Assembly (NCBI GenBank): GCA_047602425.1
Contig: JASGHG010000001.1
Location: 2,848,001 to 2,912,000 of the forward strand
DNA length: 64,000 nucleotides
Direction of reading: 5' to 3'
Source: Nibricoccus sp.
Lineage (GTDB): Bacteria; Verrucomicrobiota; Verrucomicrobiia; Opitutales; Opitutaceae
Shown: one piece after another, positions 1 through 9,800 of the stretch
How positions within the stretch are numbered: position 1 is the stretch's first letter
Layout of the letters: every line of letters begins with the position of its first letter
The notes under the pieces: model-generated
Databases searched by the model: none
What the model saw: only the letters and a program-made list of their open reading frames with translations
Told to the model about the DNA's origin: nothing
Position numbers and translations under genes: made by a program

Positions 1-571
1 TGTTGCTTTTCTCGAAAACGACGGGCTGGCTGATGTTGCCGAGCGAAAGACCTCCGAGCATCTGGCCGATTTCTGCGGTTCGAAGAAATTGGAGCTGAAA
101 GAGCTTCGAAACCACCTGCCCACTCGGGGGAAGATCGAGGGAGGATCCTTCGATCATCTGCGGGCTTTCGCCGCGAGCGTTTTGAAGGGCGACGACTTTG
201 ATGAATTTGTCGCCCATGCGTACGAGGGCGATGCCATTGAGGTTGAGCAAGGTCTCTAGCGCACGCATCGCCTCGGCCTTGGTCATCGGCTGTTTGGCGA
301 CGAGGGAAATATTGGATTGGGGAAGGGCTTGAGGGCGCAGGACGACGCGGCCAGTCCATTGTTCGATGAGCGGCATGACCAGCTCGAGCGGCATGTCGGA
401 AAAACTCGGTGTCCCGATAGACTCCTCTCCCGGTGGTGGCGGTGCGGGACGAACCGAGACGGGCGGCGGGGTCGACTCAACGGGAGCGGAGGCCGGCGTC
501 TGAGCAAAGGCAGGAAAGCAGCTGCTGGTCAGGGCAACCAGTAGCCACACACGGGAAAGGCGTGGGGTCAT
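1..571 (-). CDS. gspD: Type II secretion system secretin (GspD-like), N-terminal part, runs off left edge
   Basis: Not in ORF track. My translation from ATG at 571: MTPRLSRVWLLVALTSSCFPAFAQ (signal peptide), Pro-rich linker, then FSDMPLELVMPLIEQWTGRVVLRP...MTKAEAMRALETLLNLNGIALVRMGDKFIKVV...VVSKLFQLQFLR, resembling secretin N0/N1 domains; open to position 1. Confidence 0.75.
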   Translation of the reverse strand, partial: MTPRLSRVWLLVALTSSCFPAFAQTPASAPVESTPPPVSVRPAPPPPGEESIGTPSFSDMPLELVMPLIEQWTGRVVLRPQALPQSNISLVAKQPMTKAEAMRALETLLNLNGIALVRMGDKFIKVVALQNARGESPQMIEGSSLDLPPSGQVVSKLFQLQFLRTAEIGQMLGGLSLGNISQPVVFEKSN

Positions 572-736
572 GTTGTGGGCGGAGTGGGATGCGTGATACA
601 AACTGACGGGTGCCAAATAGAGGTGAATCTCAGACGCTTGTAAACGGTGATGTGATCTAAGACGCCCCATTGTGGGTTAAGTTGCGCGATTTTGACACTT
701 GCGGGGGCGTCATGCTCCCCCAAATCTGCCAAAACC

Positions 737-1843
737 ATGTCCAATCGTTTCGGCCACCTCTTTTCAATCACCACTTGGGGCGAAAGCCATGGTGGAGGTG
801 TGGGCGTGGTGGTCGACGGCTGTCCGCCCAAGCTACCGCTGACCGCCGAGGAAATCCAAAGCGAACTTGATCGGCGCCGTCCGGGCCAAAGCGACATCGT
901 CACGCCGCGCAAAGAAGAGGACCGCGTCGAAATTCTTTCGGGTCTCTTCGAAGGCCGCACCACCGGCACGCCCATCGGCATGCTCGTGCGCAACAACGAC
1001 CAACGTCCCGGCGCTTACGACGAAATGCGCGACAAGTTCCGGCCTTCGCACGCGGATTTTACCTATCAGGCGAAGTTCGGCCTGCGCGATCATCGCGGTG
1101 GTGGCCGCAGTTCGGCTCGGGAAACCATCGGCCGTGTGGCGGGTGGTGCCATTGCCAAAAAAATCCTCGCGCTGGCCGATCCACAGCGTCCGGTCGAGAT
1201 CCGTGCTTTTGTGAGCCGCGTGCACGACATCGAAATGCCTTCTGCGGCGCTGGCAAAATTTCCCACGCTCGCCGAGATCGAAGCGACCGCGGTGCGTTGT
1301 CCCGATGCCGCGACCGCGGCGAAAATGATCGAACGCATCAAAGCGGTGCGTTCGGAGGGCGATTCCGTCGGCGGCATTATCGAATGTCGCGTGCGCGGTC
1401 TGCCGGCCGGCTTGGGCGAACCGGTTTTTGACCGTCTCGAAGCGGACCTCGGCAAAGCGATGCTTTCGCTGCCAGCCACGAAGGGGTTTGAAATCGGCAG
1501 CGGTTTCGCGGGGACGTTTCAAAAAGGCTCGGAGCACAATGACCTTTTTGTCGTGCGCGACGGTCAGACGCGAGCTGCGACCAATCGCGCCGGCGGCGTG
1601 CTCGGCGGCATCAGCACGGGTGAGGAATTGGTCTTCCGCATCGCCTTCAAACCCACCGCAACCATCCTCCAGTCACAAAAAACCGTCGATATCCACGGGC
1701 ACGAAACCGAGCTCATGGGCAAGGGCCGCCACGATCCCTGCGTGCTTCCGCGCGCTGTACCGATTGTCGAGGCGATGACAGCGCTCGTGCTCGTCGATCA
1801 CTGGATGCGCCAGCACGCGCAATGCGGGGCGTTTAAGTTCTGA
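737..1843 (+). CDS. aroC: Chorismate synthase
   Basis: Motifs [45 protein letters not shown] at 737 (MSNRFG). Confidence 0.98.
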   Translation: MSNRFGHLFSITTWGESHGGGVGVVVDGCPPKLPLTAEEIQSELDRRRPGQSDIVTPRKEEDRVEILSGLFEGRTTGTPIGMLVRNNDQRPGAYDEMRDKFRPSHADFTYQAKFGLRDHRGGGRSSARETIGRVAGGAIAKKILALADPQRPVEIRAFVSRVHDIEMPSAALAKFPTLAEIEATAVRCPDAATAAKMIERIKAVRSEGDSVGGIIECRVRGLPAGLGEPVFDRLEADLGKAMLSLPATKGFEIGSGFAGTFQKGSEHNDLFVVRDGQTRAATNRAGGVLGGISTGEELVFRIAFKPTATILQSQKTVDIHGHETELMGKGRHDPCVLPRAVPIVEAMTALVLVDHWMRQHAQCGAFKF

Positions 1844-1844
1844 T

Positions 1845-1928
1845 TTTTTTGAAGCGCGAAGGCGCAACAGCGCACGGAAAACCCTGGGCTCCAACTTTGC
1901 ATCTTCCTGACTTTGCGGTTCATTTTTT
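1845..1928. repeat. Degenerate intergenic inverted repeat (cgcgaag/ctttgcg type)
   Basis: gcgcgaaggcgcaacagcgcacgg facing ctttgcatcttcctgactttgcggtt; resembles units at 54520-54605. Confidence 0.4.
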
Positions 1929-1934
1929 ACGCAC

Positions 1935-2714
1935 ATGGCTGAATCCGAAAAACCTCTCGTCTATTTGATCCTGGGCGCCGCCCGTTCGGGCCGCCGTGAG
2001 GTCTTGTCCGACCTCATCACTGACGGGTTGGGCGAGAGCGACCGCTCGCTCGTGTTGCTCTCGGATGATGAAGTCGGCAGCGAGGCCGATCCCGCGCTGG
2101 GTTCTGTGCGCCGCTGGGTGTGGATGGACGGCCAAATCGGCACCCCGGAAGGCGTGCTGGGCGAGGCTACGCATGTGTTTTTCGTTTCCGATGGACGCCG
2201 CAATCCCGTCGACCAAATCGAGGCATTCAAAACCTGGGTGCTGGCCAACAACGGCGAAGTGGCCCGCGTGATCTGTGTGGTCAATTGCCAGCTGGCCGAA
2301 AAACACCGCGAACTCATCGCGTGGTATGAAGCCTGTATCCACTTCTCGGATATCGTGCTGCTCAATCGCCGCGAAGGCGTGGCCAACAAGTGGCTCTCGG
2401 ATTTTCAGAACCGTTTCAAAGACCAGTTCTTCCCGTGCCTGTTCGAGTTCGTGAAAGGCGGCCGCGTGAAAAATCCCGCCCTCATTCTCGATCCATTGCC
2501 GCGTCGCCTGTCTCAATTCTTCGAAGCGACCGACTTGCCGGGGGTCGATGGCGACACTGAAATCGACATGGGTATCGACGACGATGACGAGCCCCAAGAA
2601 CTCGAAGACGATGACGACGGCGAAATCATTCCAGAAGACCCGTACATGGTGCGCCTCGCCGGCGGCCACCGCGTCAAAGTGCTTCCCGATATCAGGAAGT
2701 TTTTAGGAGACTGA
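1935..2714 (+). CDS. Hypothetical protein, degenerate CobW/COG0523-like P-loop fold with acidic C-terminal region
   Basis: N-terminal VYLILGAARSGRR, ICVVNC, FSDIVLLNRRE resemble G1 and G4 regions of CobW-type GTPases; D/E-rich tail. Confidence 0.6.
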   Translation: MAESEKPLVYLILGAARSGRREVLSDLITDGLGESDRSLVLLSDDEVGSEADPALGSVRRWVWMDGQIGTPEGVLGEATHVFFVSDGRRNPVDQIEAFKTWVLANNGEVARVICVVNCQLAEKHRELIAWYEACIHFSDIVLLNRREGVANKWLSDFQNRFKDQFFPCLFEFVKGGRVKNPALILDPLPRRLSQFFEATDLPGVDGDTEIDMGIDDDDEPQELEDDDDGEIIPEDPYMVRLAGGHRVKVLPDIRKFLGD

Positions 2715-2849
2715 TCACACTTCGCAAGGGCCGCTTGTGCCGTTAATGTCCCGCAGCCTCCATGCCGGTATAAACAAAAAGGCCGGGGCTGCTTATTTCG
2801 AAAACCGTGAAGGGCGTTCTCGATAGGGAATCGTTGTTGAATGGACAGC

Positions 2850-2879
2850 AAAAAAGAGGGCACCAACGGTGCCCTCTTT
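2850..2879 (-). terminator. Intrinsic terminator of the VPDSG-CTERM gene
   Basis: aaagagggcacc-aac-ggtgccctcttt hairpin with A-run on the left (U-tract on minus strand). Confidence 0.85.
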
Positions 2880-2903
2880 GATAAAGATACGACGCAGGAA
2901 TTG

Positions 2904-3542
2904 TTAAGCTTTCAACAACCGGCGTAGACCGCCAATGGCGGCGAGGGAAGCGCCTAAAAGGGCAACCGTCGCACCGCCATCCGGCACATTGGAACCGCCA
3001 GGATTTGTGCCGCCGCCTCCTGTGTCACCTGCGGTGAGCGTGAGTTGGACGCTTTGCAGGTCAGTCCAAGGCGCCCAATGCGCTGATGGATTGGCGATCG
3101 GAACGTAGGTGAACGTGTAGGTTCCCGCTGTCAGTCCGCTGATCGTCACCGCTTGCCAAGAGTTGACCCAGGAAGGAACTTGGGAAGTCACACCACCGGT
3201 GTAATTGTTCGCGAAATCTTGAGAAGCAAAGAGGTTCGTGCCAAAGGTCAGACCGCTTGGTACCGGTGAGAATACGACAGGGCCGAATTCGTCACTCGCG
3301 ACGCCAACACCGTAGTTGAAGGCAGTCGTCGTGTCATAGGCAACGCCTTGAAGGCGTGCCGAACCTTCTGTGTCGGGTCCGTCGCCTGTGCCGTCGCCAT
3401 GATATGAGCCGAGCCAGAGATTCACTTCGCCGGCATTCACACCAGCGGTATAGCCGATGACGATCGTATGCGCTGACGCTTGTTGCGCTGCTACAAGGAG
3501 GCAAAGCAGGACCCCCGCTCCCAACTGAGTTAGTTTTTTCAT
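2904..3542 (-). CDS. VPDSG-CTERM (PEP-CTERM-type) sorting-signal surface protein
   Basis: Signal peptide ending ASA; C-terminus NVPDGGATVALLGASLAAIGGLRRLLKA (VPDxG, TM helix, basic tail) after a Gly-rich linker. Confidence 0.92.
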   Translation of the reverse strand: MKKLTQLGAGVLLCLLVAAQQASAHTIVIGYTAGVNAGEVNLWLGSYHGDGTGDGPDTEGSARLQGVAYDTTTAFNYGVGVASDEFGPVVFSPVPSGLTFGTNLFASQDFANNYTGGVTSQVPSWVNSWQAVTISGLTAGTYTFTYVPIANPSAHWAPWTDLQSVQLTLTAGDTGGGGTNPGGSNVPDGGATVALLGASLAAIGGLRRLLKA

Positions 3543-3597
3543 TTTTGTGATATGTTTAATTGTCGATCAAGGTTTGTTCCCGATCTTAAAAAATCAT

Positions 3598-3613
3598 AGC
3601 TAATAGCATGCCG
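3598..3613 (-). promoter_or_regulatory. Putative sigma-54 (-24/-12) promoter of the VPDSG-CTERM gene
   Basis: Minus strand CGGCATGctatTAGCT versus consensus TGGCACG-N4-TTGCW; GG and GC correctly spaced; 55 nt upstream of the ATG. Confidence 0.6.
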
Positions 3614-3710
3614 AAGGATTTCTAATGAAAAATTATAAGAGCTAAATCGCTTTTTATTAATAAATTATAATTTAACGAATTTAGATGGATCAGTTTGATG
3701 CGATATGAAT

Positions 3711-3728
3711 GTGTAAGATTTTCCGACG
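3711..3728. promoter_or_regulatory. Putative PEP-CTERM-box enhancer (PrsR-type activator site)
   Basis: gtgtaagattttccgacg resembles the TGTAA-N-CCGACA box I recall upstream of PEP-CTERM genes; about 100 nt upstream of the sigma-54 element across a very AT-rich spacer. Confidence 0.5.
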
Positions 3729-3859
3729 GCTGGTTCAATATCTCGACAGCTTTAGGAACCCGGATTGGTTGTCTACTCAAGCGCAGATCAGTCCCTCCAA
3801 TAACTCGCGAAATCTTCCAATAATGTCCTGGGTTTTGGCTTTGGCGCTGGGTTCGGCAC

Positions 3860-3892
3860 AAAAAAAGAGCAGAGCCGAAGGGCTCTGCTCTT
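3860..3892 (-). terminator. Intrinsic terminator of eda
   Basis: aagagcagagcc-gaag-ggctctgctctt hairpin preceded by an A-run. Confidence 0.88.
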
Positions 3893-3920
3893 GAAAACGG
3901 AAGCGGAAGAAAGCGCGTCT

Positions 3921-4559
3921 TTATTTCGCGGCGGCGACGGCGTCGGCGAAGGCTTTGGCCTTGGCTGTGATGGCGGCCCAGTTCTTTTCCTTGAAGGCTT
4001 TGGCATCGACGAGCGAGCTGCCTGCGGCGGTGGCGAAGGCGCCGGCTTTCAGAAATTCGCCGACGTTCTTGTCGTTCACGCCGCCAGTGGGGACGACTTC
4101 GATCTGGGGGAAGGGAGCTTTAACGGCTTTGATGTAGGCGGGGCCGAAGAATTCCGCGGGGAAAATCTTCACGGCGTCGACGCCGGCATCCCAAGTGTTG
4201 ATGACTTCGGTCGGGGTGAATGCGCCGCTCATGATCGGGCAGGAGTAGCGATGGCACATTTCGATGACTGCGGGGCGGAAGGCCGGTGTGACGATGAATT
4301 TCGCGCCGGCAAGGATGCCTGCGCGGGCGGTTTCGCCGTCGAGCACAGTGCCGAGGCCGAAAGTGAATTCGGGCATTTCGGCAGTGGCTTTTTCAAGCAT
4401 GCGAATCGCTCCGGGTGTCGTCATGGTGAGCTCGATGCTGGTGAGGCCACCGGCGGCGAGCGCTTTGGCGCAATCGAGCAGGCCGTCCGGGCTGTCGGCA
4501 CGGATCAGGGCGATGACCTTTTCATTTTTAATCTTGGTGAGTACGGCGTCTTTTTTCAT
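3921..4559 (-). CDS. eda: KDPG/KHG aldolase
   Basis: IELTMTTPGA, GLGTVLD, GAKFIVTP, GAFTPTE, VKIFPA (Schiff-base Lys), PTGGV; ATG at 4559 (MKKDAVL). Confidence 0.95.
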   Translation of the reverse strand: MKKDAVLTKIKNEKVIALIRADSPDGLLDCAKALAAGGLTSIELTMTTPGAIRMLEKATAEMPEFTFGLGTVLDGETARAGILAGAKFIVTPAFRPAVIEMCHRYSCPIMSGAFTPTEVINTWDAGVDAVKIFPAEFFGPAYIKAVKAPFPQIEVVPTGGVNDKNVGEFLKAGAFATAAGSSLVDAKAFKEKNWAAITAKAKAFADAVAAAK

Positions 4560-4724
4560 GTGTGAAAACGGGTGTGGAAGGGACGAGTGAAACCATTTCG
4601 GCGCGTGCTGAAAACTCATTTTATGCCGGACGGCGTGTAAAAGTTCATGACGTTCGGGCCAGAAGAAAGGCTTTTGCTTGGCGCGCGCTTGACGAGGTTG
4701 GCGGGAAAGCCACACGTTGAACGA

Positions 4725-5135
4725 ATGCCAACCGAAAAAAAGCCGTCCAAGAAAGCCGTTGCTGCGCCCGTCATTCCCTCTCGTTTTACCGACGGAATGA
4801 ACGCGAAGGAGCTTTTTCGGGTGGGGCGCCAGATCGGCATGTCGCCGGAGCAATGCGAACGGTTGAGCGGCGTTTCGGCCAGCAAGATGCGTCGCGGCCG
4901 GGGTGGTGAAGAAATCGTGCGGGTGGAATTTCTCGCGGCTTTCCGGCACGTCGAAAACACGTTTAACCGGGCTCTTGCTCTTTGCGGTGGCAACGAGGCC
5001 GCTGCGGTCCAATGGGTGAGCGCGTATGCGCCCGCGCTCAACGGCCGCAAGCCGATCGAAGTAGCCGAAACTCCTGCTGGAGCTAAATCGGTTGAAAAAC
5101 TTCTCGCTGTGCTCGCGGGCGCCGTGGGCGCCTGA
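4725..5135 (+). CDS. Xre/MbcA/ParS-family antitoxin-like protein (DUF2384-type C-terminal domain)
   Basis: C-terminus RALALCGGNEAAAVQWVSAYAPALNGRKPIEVAETPAGAKSVEKLL fits the W...PALxGxxP pattern; HTH-like segment upstream. Confidence 0.75.
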   Translation: MPTEKKPSKKAVAAPVIPSRFTDGMNAKELFRVGRQIGMSPEQCERLSGVSASKMRRGRGGEEIVRVEFLAAFRHVENTFNRALALCGGNEAAAVQWVSAYAPALNGRKPIEVAETPAGAKSVEKLLAVLAGAVGA

Positions 5136-5150
5136 GTGACAAGCCGGAGT

Positions 5151-5274
5151 CTTCGTTGCCTTCGTTTTCTTCTGTAGAGTGGATCGGCGAAAAGTTATTT
5201 TTTATAGGAGTTAACCGAGGAAACGGAGAAGGTTATTACGTGGTTCTCTGTTCCGTCAGTTGTCTCGTGTAAAA
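5151..5274. repeat. Degenerate 9-nt-periodic repeat units (cttcgttnn type)
   Basis: cttcgttgccttcgttttcttctgta (5151-5176) nearly identical to 15265-15290; second inverted pair tttataggagttaaccgaggaaacggagaa / ttctctgttccgtcagttgtctcgtgtaaa. Confidence 0.65.
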
Positions 5275-5301
5275 TTTTTCGGATCTACCGAGGATTGAGA
5301 C

Positions 5302-6645
5302 CTAGTTGCCGTAAGGCTTCTCGACGTCGACGAGCGGGCTGGCGGGAATTTTGAAGGTTTCGACTGGGTCGGGTTTGGCCGGGTTAAAAGTCGAGAAATC
5401 GACGGCGAGATGTTTGGCGAGGTCGGGCTGAGCGGCGGCAATCCCCTTGGCGACGCACTTGGCGAGAATGTAAGCGCCGTAGTTATTGTGGTGCGTGCCG
5501 TCGACTTTGCCTTCGGCGTTGGTTGCGAAGGCCGCGGCGGATTTTTCCGCGCCGAGCGCTTCGTACAAATCCTGGCTCATGGCATGGAGATCGACGAGTG
5601 TGACGGATTTTTCGCGGGCGACCTGGCGCACAGCTTCAGGATAGTCGCCGTGGGAATTTTTGATTTTCCCGCTTTCGTCGAACGTGCGGCGGTGCATCGG
5701 CGTGACGACAATGGGCGTGCCGCCGTTTTCGCGAACTTCGTCGACGAGTTGTTCGAGCGATTTTTTATAGGTGGTGAAAGCGCCGACGCCTTCGCCTTTT
5801 TCTTTTTCGTCGTTGTGACCGAACTGGATGATCACGAAGTCGCCTTTTTTGAGCGTGCTGAAAATTTTCTCGAAACGATGCGCGCGGCGCGAACTGCGCA
5901 ACGCCTCGCCGGATTGGGCGTGATTGGCGATGGCGATATCGGGCCTAAAGAAACGCGTGAGCATCTGGCCCCAACTGGCCCAGGGTTCGCGCGGTTGATC
6001 GCAGACGGTGGAATCGCCCGTGAGGTACACGGTGGGCACATCGTCGGCGCGGGCAATTTCAACCGTGGATAGGCAGGGACGCGTGCCATTGAATTCCAGC
6101 GTGAGGCGATTGTCCCATGCCCAGATTTCCATGGTTTTCTCGCGGGGCTTGAGCGCGACGTCGTCGGGCGCGTTCTCGATATGCGGCGTGCGGATGTTGA
6201 CGATGAAGCTGCGCGTGACGATTTCGCCTTTGGCGGTTTTAACCTGTTGGAGCATGAGGCGCCGCAACTCAGCCTTGACGGTGGTATCCGATTCGCCGGC
6301 GGGATCGCCGAGGGTGACAGTGACTCGGTAATTTCCCTCGGGCAGCGCGGCGGAAAAATAAAAGGGTTTGTCGCTCGTGCAAAAACCGCCGCCGGGGCTT
6401 TTCGTGTCGGTTTTCGCAATCGTCGTGGACCCCGCCTCGAATCCGAAACCGCGATTGTCGGAGTAAATGGAATCGGAGGTTACCGAGGTGAAGCCCGCGG
6501 GCGCGGCACCCGGAGCAAAGCTGAATTTTCGTGCAGGATTTTCGGTTTCGCCAGCGACAAGACGGGTCGCGGTGACCGCGAGCAAAGCGACTGCGCAAAA
6601 TTGATTTTTCAGCAGGAAGTAAAAGGGGGCACGGAGAGCTTTCAT
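5302..6645 (-). CDS. Rhamnogalacturonan acetylesterase (CE12, SGNH hydrolase) with N-terminal beta-sandwich domain
   Basis: GDSTV, WGQML, NHAQSG, IQFGHND, DGTHHN catalytic blocks; LPEGNYRVTVTLGD module; signal-like N-terminus; start may be 6675. Confidence 0.9.
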   Translation of the reverse strand: MKALRAPFYFLLKNQFCAVALLAVTATRLVAGETENPARKFSFAPGAAPAGFTSVTSDSIYSDNRGFGFEAGSTTIAKTDTKSPGGGFCTSDKPFYFSAALPEGNYRVTVTLGDPAGESDTTVKAELRRLMLQQVKTAKGEIVTRSFIVNIRTPHIENAPDDVALKPREKTMEIWAWDNRLTLEFNGTRPCLSTVEIARADDVPTVYLTGDSTVCDQPREPWASWGQMLTRFFRPDIAIANHAQSGEALRSSRRAHRFEKIFSTLKKGDFVIIQFGHNDEKEKGEGVGAFTTYKKSLEQLVDEVRENGGTPIVVTPMHRRTFDESGKIKNSHGDYPEAVRQVAREKSVTLVDLHAMSQDLYEALGAEKSAAAFATNAEGKVDGTHHNNYGAYILAKCVAKGIAAAQPDLAKHLAVDFSTFNPAKPDPVETFKIPASPLVDVEKPYGN

Positions 6646-6855
6646 AGTAATTGTCGATCTTGGCTTCAGGATCAATGGACGGGCAACCGTGTCTTGCGCC
6701 GGACCGTCAGAGTGTTGGGGATAATTTACGGTAAAGCAAAAAATCGCGCGGACGCTCTGGATGCGCGCTGGCGGAACGAAGGGCGAGTCTTATGGTGGCT
6801 GTTCCGCGGCTGATAGCCTTCGCCGCCATATCGCTTCCACAATCCGCAACGCCCC

Positions 6856-9800
6856 ATGAAAAATCCGCTTTCCGGCTGGTTGAACGTCCCTGTGTTTTTG
6901 CTCACGAGTGCGCTTGTGAGCAGCGCTGCGCCGCTGACGTTGACCATTCCGGAGCCTACTGCGCCCACGGGCGGTTATTTTAAAATGGGCACCGCCAAGC
7001 GTCCCGATGGCCGCGAACTTACGGTCGACAGCCAGAGCCTGCGACTCGACGGCAAGCCTTGGGTGACGGTGATGGGCGAGTTTCATTATTCGCGTTACCC
7101 GCAAAACGAGTGGCGCGACGAACTGCTCAAGATGCGCGCGGGCGGCATCGACATCGTGGCGACGTACGTTTTCTGGATTCACCACGAAGAGGAAGAGGGG
7201 GTATTCGACTGGTCCGGGCGGCGCGATTTGCGAAAATTCGTCGAGACGGCGCGCGAAGCCGGTTTGGCGGTGGTGGTGCGTTGTGGTCCTTGGTGCCATG
7301 GTGAAGTTCGCAATGGCGGGTTGCCCGACTGGATTTTGAAAAAGGGCTGCAAGGTCCGCTCCGACGACCCGGTATACCTCGAAAAAGCCCGCGCGCTTTA
7401 CGCGCAAATCTCCCGACAGCTCAAAGGTCTGCTTTGGAAGGACGGCGGACCTGTCGTGGCCGTGCAATTGGAAAATGAATACGGCGGTCCGGCCGAGCAC
7501 TTGATGACGTTGAAAGGAATTGCGCGCGACGTCGGCCTCGACACGCCGTTTTATACCCGCACCGGCTGGCCGAACCTTCGTACACCGGCACCGCTCGGCG
7601 AACTCCTCCCGCTTTACGGATCCTATGCCGACGGGTTCTGGCACGGAGAAATCACGCCGATGCCAAAGAACGATTGGGATCGATTTCTTTTTCCCGCGAC
7701 GCGGGTCGATACCGGAATCGGTGCCGATCTGCTCGGCGCGCAGAAGGCGGGCGACGCGTCCGATACGTTGAAATATCCATTCCTGACGTGCGAACTGGGC
7801 GGCGGCATGGCCAACTCTTATCACCGTCGTGTGCTGGTCGATCCGCGCGACATCGAGACAATCGCTCTCCTCCATGTCGGAGCGGGCAGCAATCTGCCGG
7901 GTTACTACATGTACCATGGGGGAACCAATCCTGAGGGGAAACTGAGTTCTTTGCAGGAGTCGATCGCGACGAACTACCCGAACGATTTGCCGGTAAAAAC
8001 CTACGATTTCCAGGCGCCGCTCGGCGAATACGGCCAGACGCGTCCGCACTACCACAGGCTGCGCCGGTTGCATCTTTTCCTGCGCGATTTCGGCGCGGAA
8101 CTGGCCGGTATGACGCCAGTGTTGCCGAGTGAACGTCCGAAGGGTCGCGAAGATTTGGCTACGTTGCGCTGGTCGGTGCGCTCCGATGGCAAAAGCGGTT
8201 TTGTTTTTGTGAACAACTATCAGCGCCTCCAGCCGATGCAGGCGAAGCCCGGCGTGCAATTTGCGCTGACGCTGCCCGGCGGCAGCTCCGTGACATTCCC
8301 CGACCAACCGGTGACGGTGCCGGCGGACCACGCATTTTTCTGGCCGTTCAACTTCGACCTTGGCGGCGCGGTGCTGAGCTATGCCACGGCCCAGCCGCTC
8401 TGCAAAGTCGACGCGGGCGATCTGCGCACGGTGTTTTTCGTACAAACGCCCGGTGTGCCGACGGAGTTTGTCTTCCCGAACGAGGGGCTGTCGATACAGG
8501 CTGTTTTGGGAAAACTCACGAAAGAGCAGAACCGCACACGCATTGCGAACGTTGCGACCGGTCTGGGGGCGTCCATTCGCCTGATCAACAAGGTCGGCCA
8601 GGTCTTCCAGATCGTGGTTCTCGATGAAACCGATTCGCTCGCGCTCTGGAAAGGCCGCTGGCAGGGACGCGACTGCGCGTTTTTCACCCGAGCCGATCTG
8701 ATCGTCGAAAAAGACGCGCTGCGCATCGCTTCGAGCGACGCCACACAACGGTCAATTGCGATTTTGCCCGCGCCTGCCGAACTGGAAGCCAGCGGTAAAA
8801 AAATCGGAGGCGAGTCGCAGGGCGTTTTTCGGACATTCAAGTTTGAAACCTCTTCGGTCGTGCCTGCCGCTTCGTGCGCAGTCGAGCGCCTTCGTCCGCC
8901 CGGCAAAGCGCGCGAAATTCCATTCAACACCGCGAAAAAACCCGTTGCAATGGCGCCAGTCGAAGCCGACTACACCGAGGCGGGCGTCTGGCGCCTCACT
9001 TTGCCGGCGGGCGTGGATTTTTCACGCAACCCGCTTTTGCGGTTACACTACGTGGGCGACGTCGCACGGATCACGCTCAACGGGCGCCTCATCACTGATC
9101 AGTACTACAACGGCGTTGAATTCGATCTCGGCTTGAACCGTCACTTGCCGGAGATCGACGGCGGCGAACTGAAATTGGAAATTCTTCCGCTGAAAAAGGA
9201 CGCGCCAATTTACCTCGCCGAGTCGGCGAAACCGGATTTTGGCAACGTTGAAAGTATCGCGGCGCTAACCGGCGTTGAAATCGTTTATCGCGACGAGGTC
9301 CGCTTCACGCCGGTAAAAGACAGCGCATCCAAGGCTACCGATCAGGCGTTTGCCAATCCGCTCGTGCGGCAGCGTGCCGATCCATTTGTTATGCGCCACA
9401 CCGATGGCAATTATTACTTCATCGCCACCGCGCCGGAATTCGACCGCATTGAGCTTCGCCGCGCGCCGACAATCGCCGGGCTGGGCAAAGCCGAACCGAT
9501 TGTTATATGGAAGAAGAAGGCGAGCGGGCCGATGAGCAGCTACATTTGGGCGCCTGAATTGCATTTTATCGATGGGAAGTGGTACATTTATTTCGCCGCG
9601 GGCGGCCTCGAAAAAGAGTGGGGGATTCGCATCTACACGCTCGAAAACGCCTCGGCCGATCCATTCTCCGCCACCTGGGTTGAGAAAGGCCAGTTCAAGA
9701 CCGGCTGGGAGGCATTTGCACTCGATGCCACGACGTTCACGCATCGTGGCAAACGCTATTTCGTCTGGGCGCAGCAGGACAAAGCGATCAAGGGCAACAC

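Noticed and set aside
2..259. Open plus-strand frame at the left edge (VAFLENDG...EQGL*)
   Set aside because: Antisense shadow of the minus-strand secretin-like ORF, which has a signal peptide and recognisable domain pattern
3921..5012. Extended 363-aa version of eda, and similar upstream extensions of larE, cbiM, helicase and gmk
   Set aside because: Family homology starts at internal start codons; extensions overlap neighbouring genes or promoters
6790..8748. 652-aa minus-strand ORF, and similar long antisense ORFs such as 12472-13761, 45807-46838, 61875-63062
   Set aside because: Fully overlap well-supported genes on the opposite strand; typical high-GC shadow ORFs with no motifs
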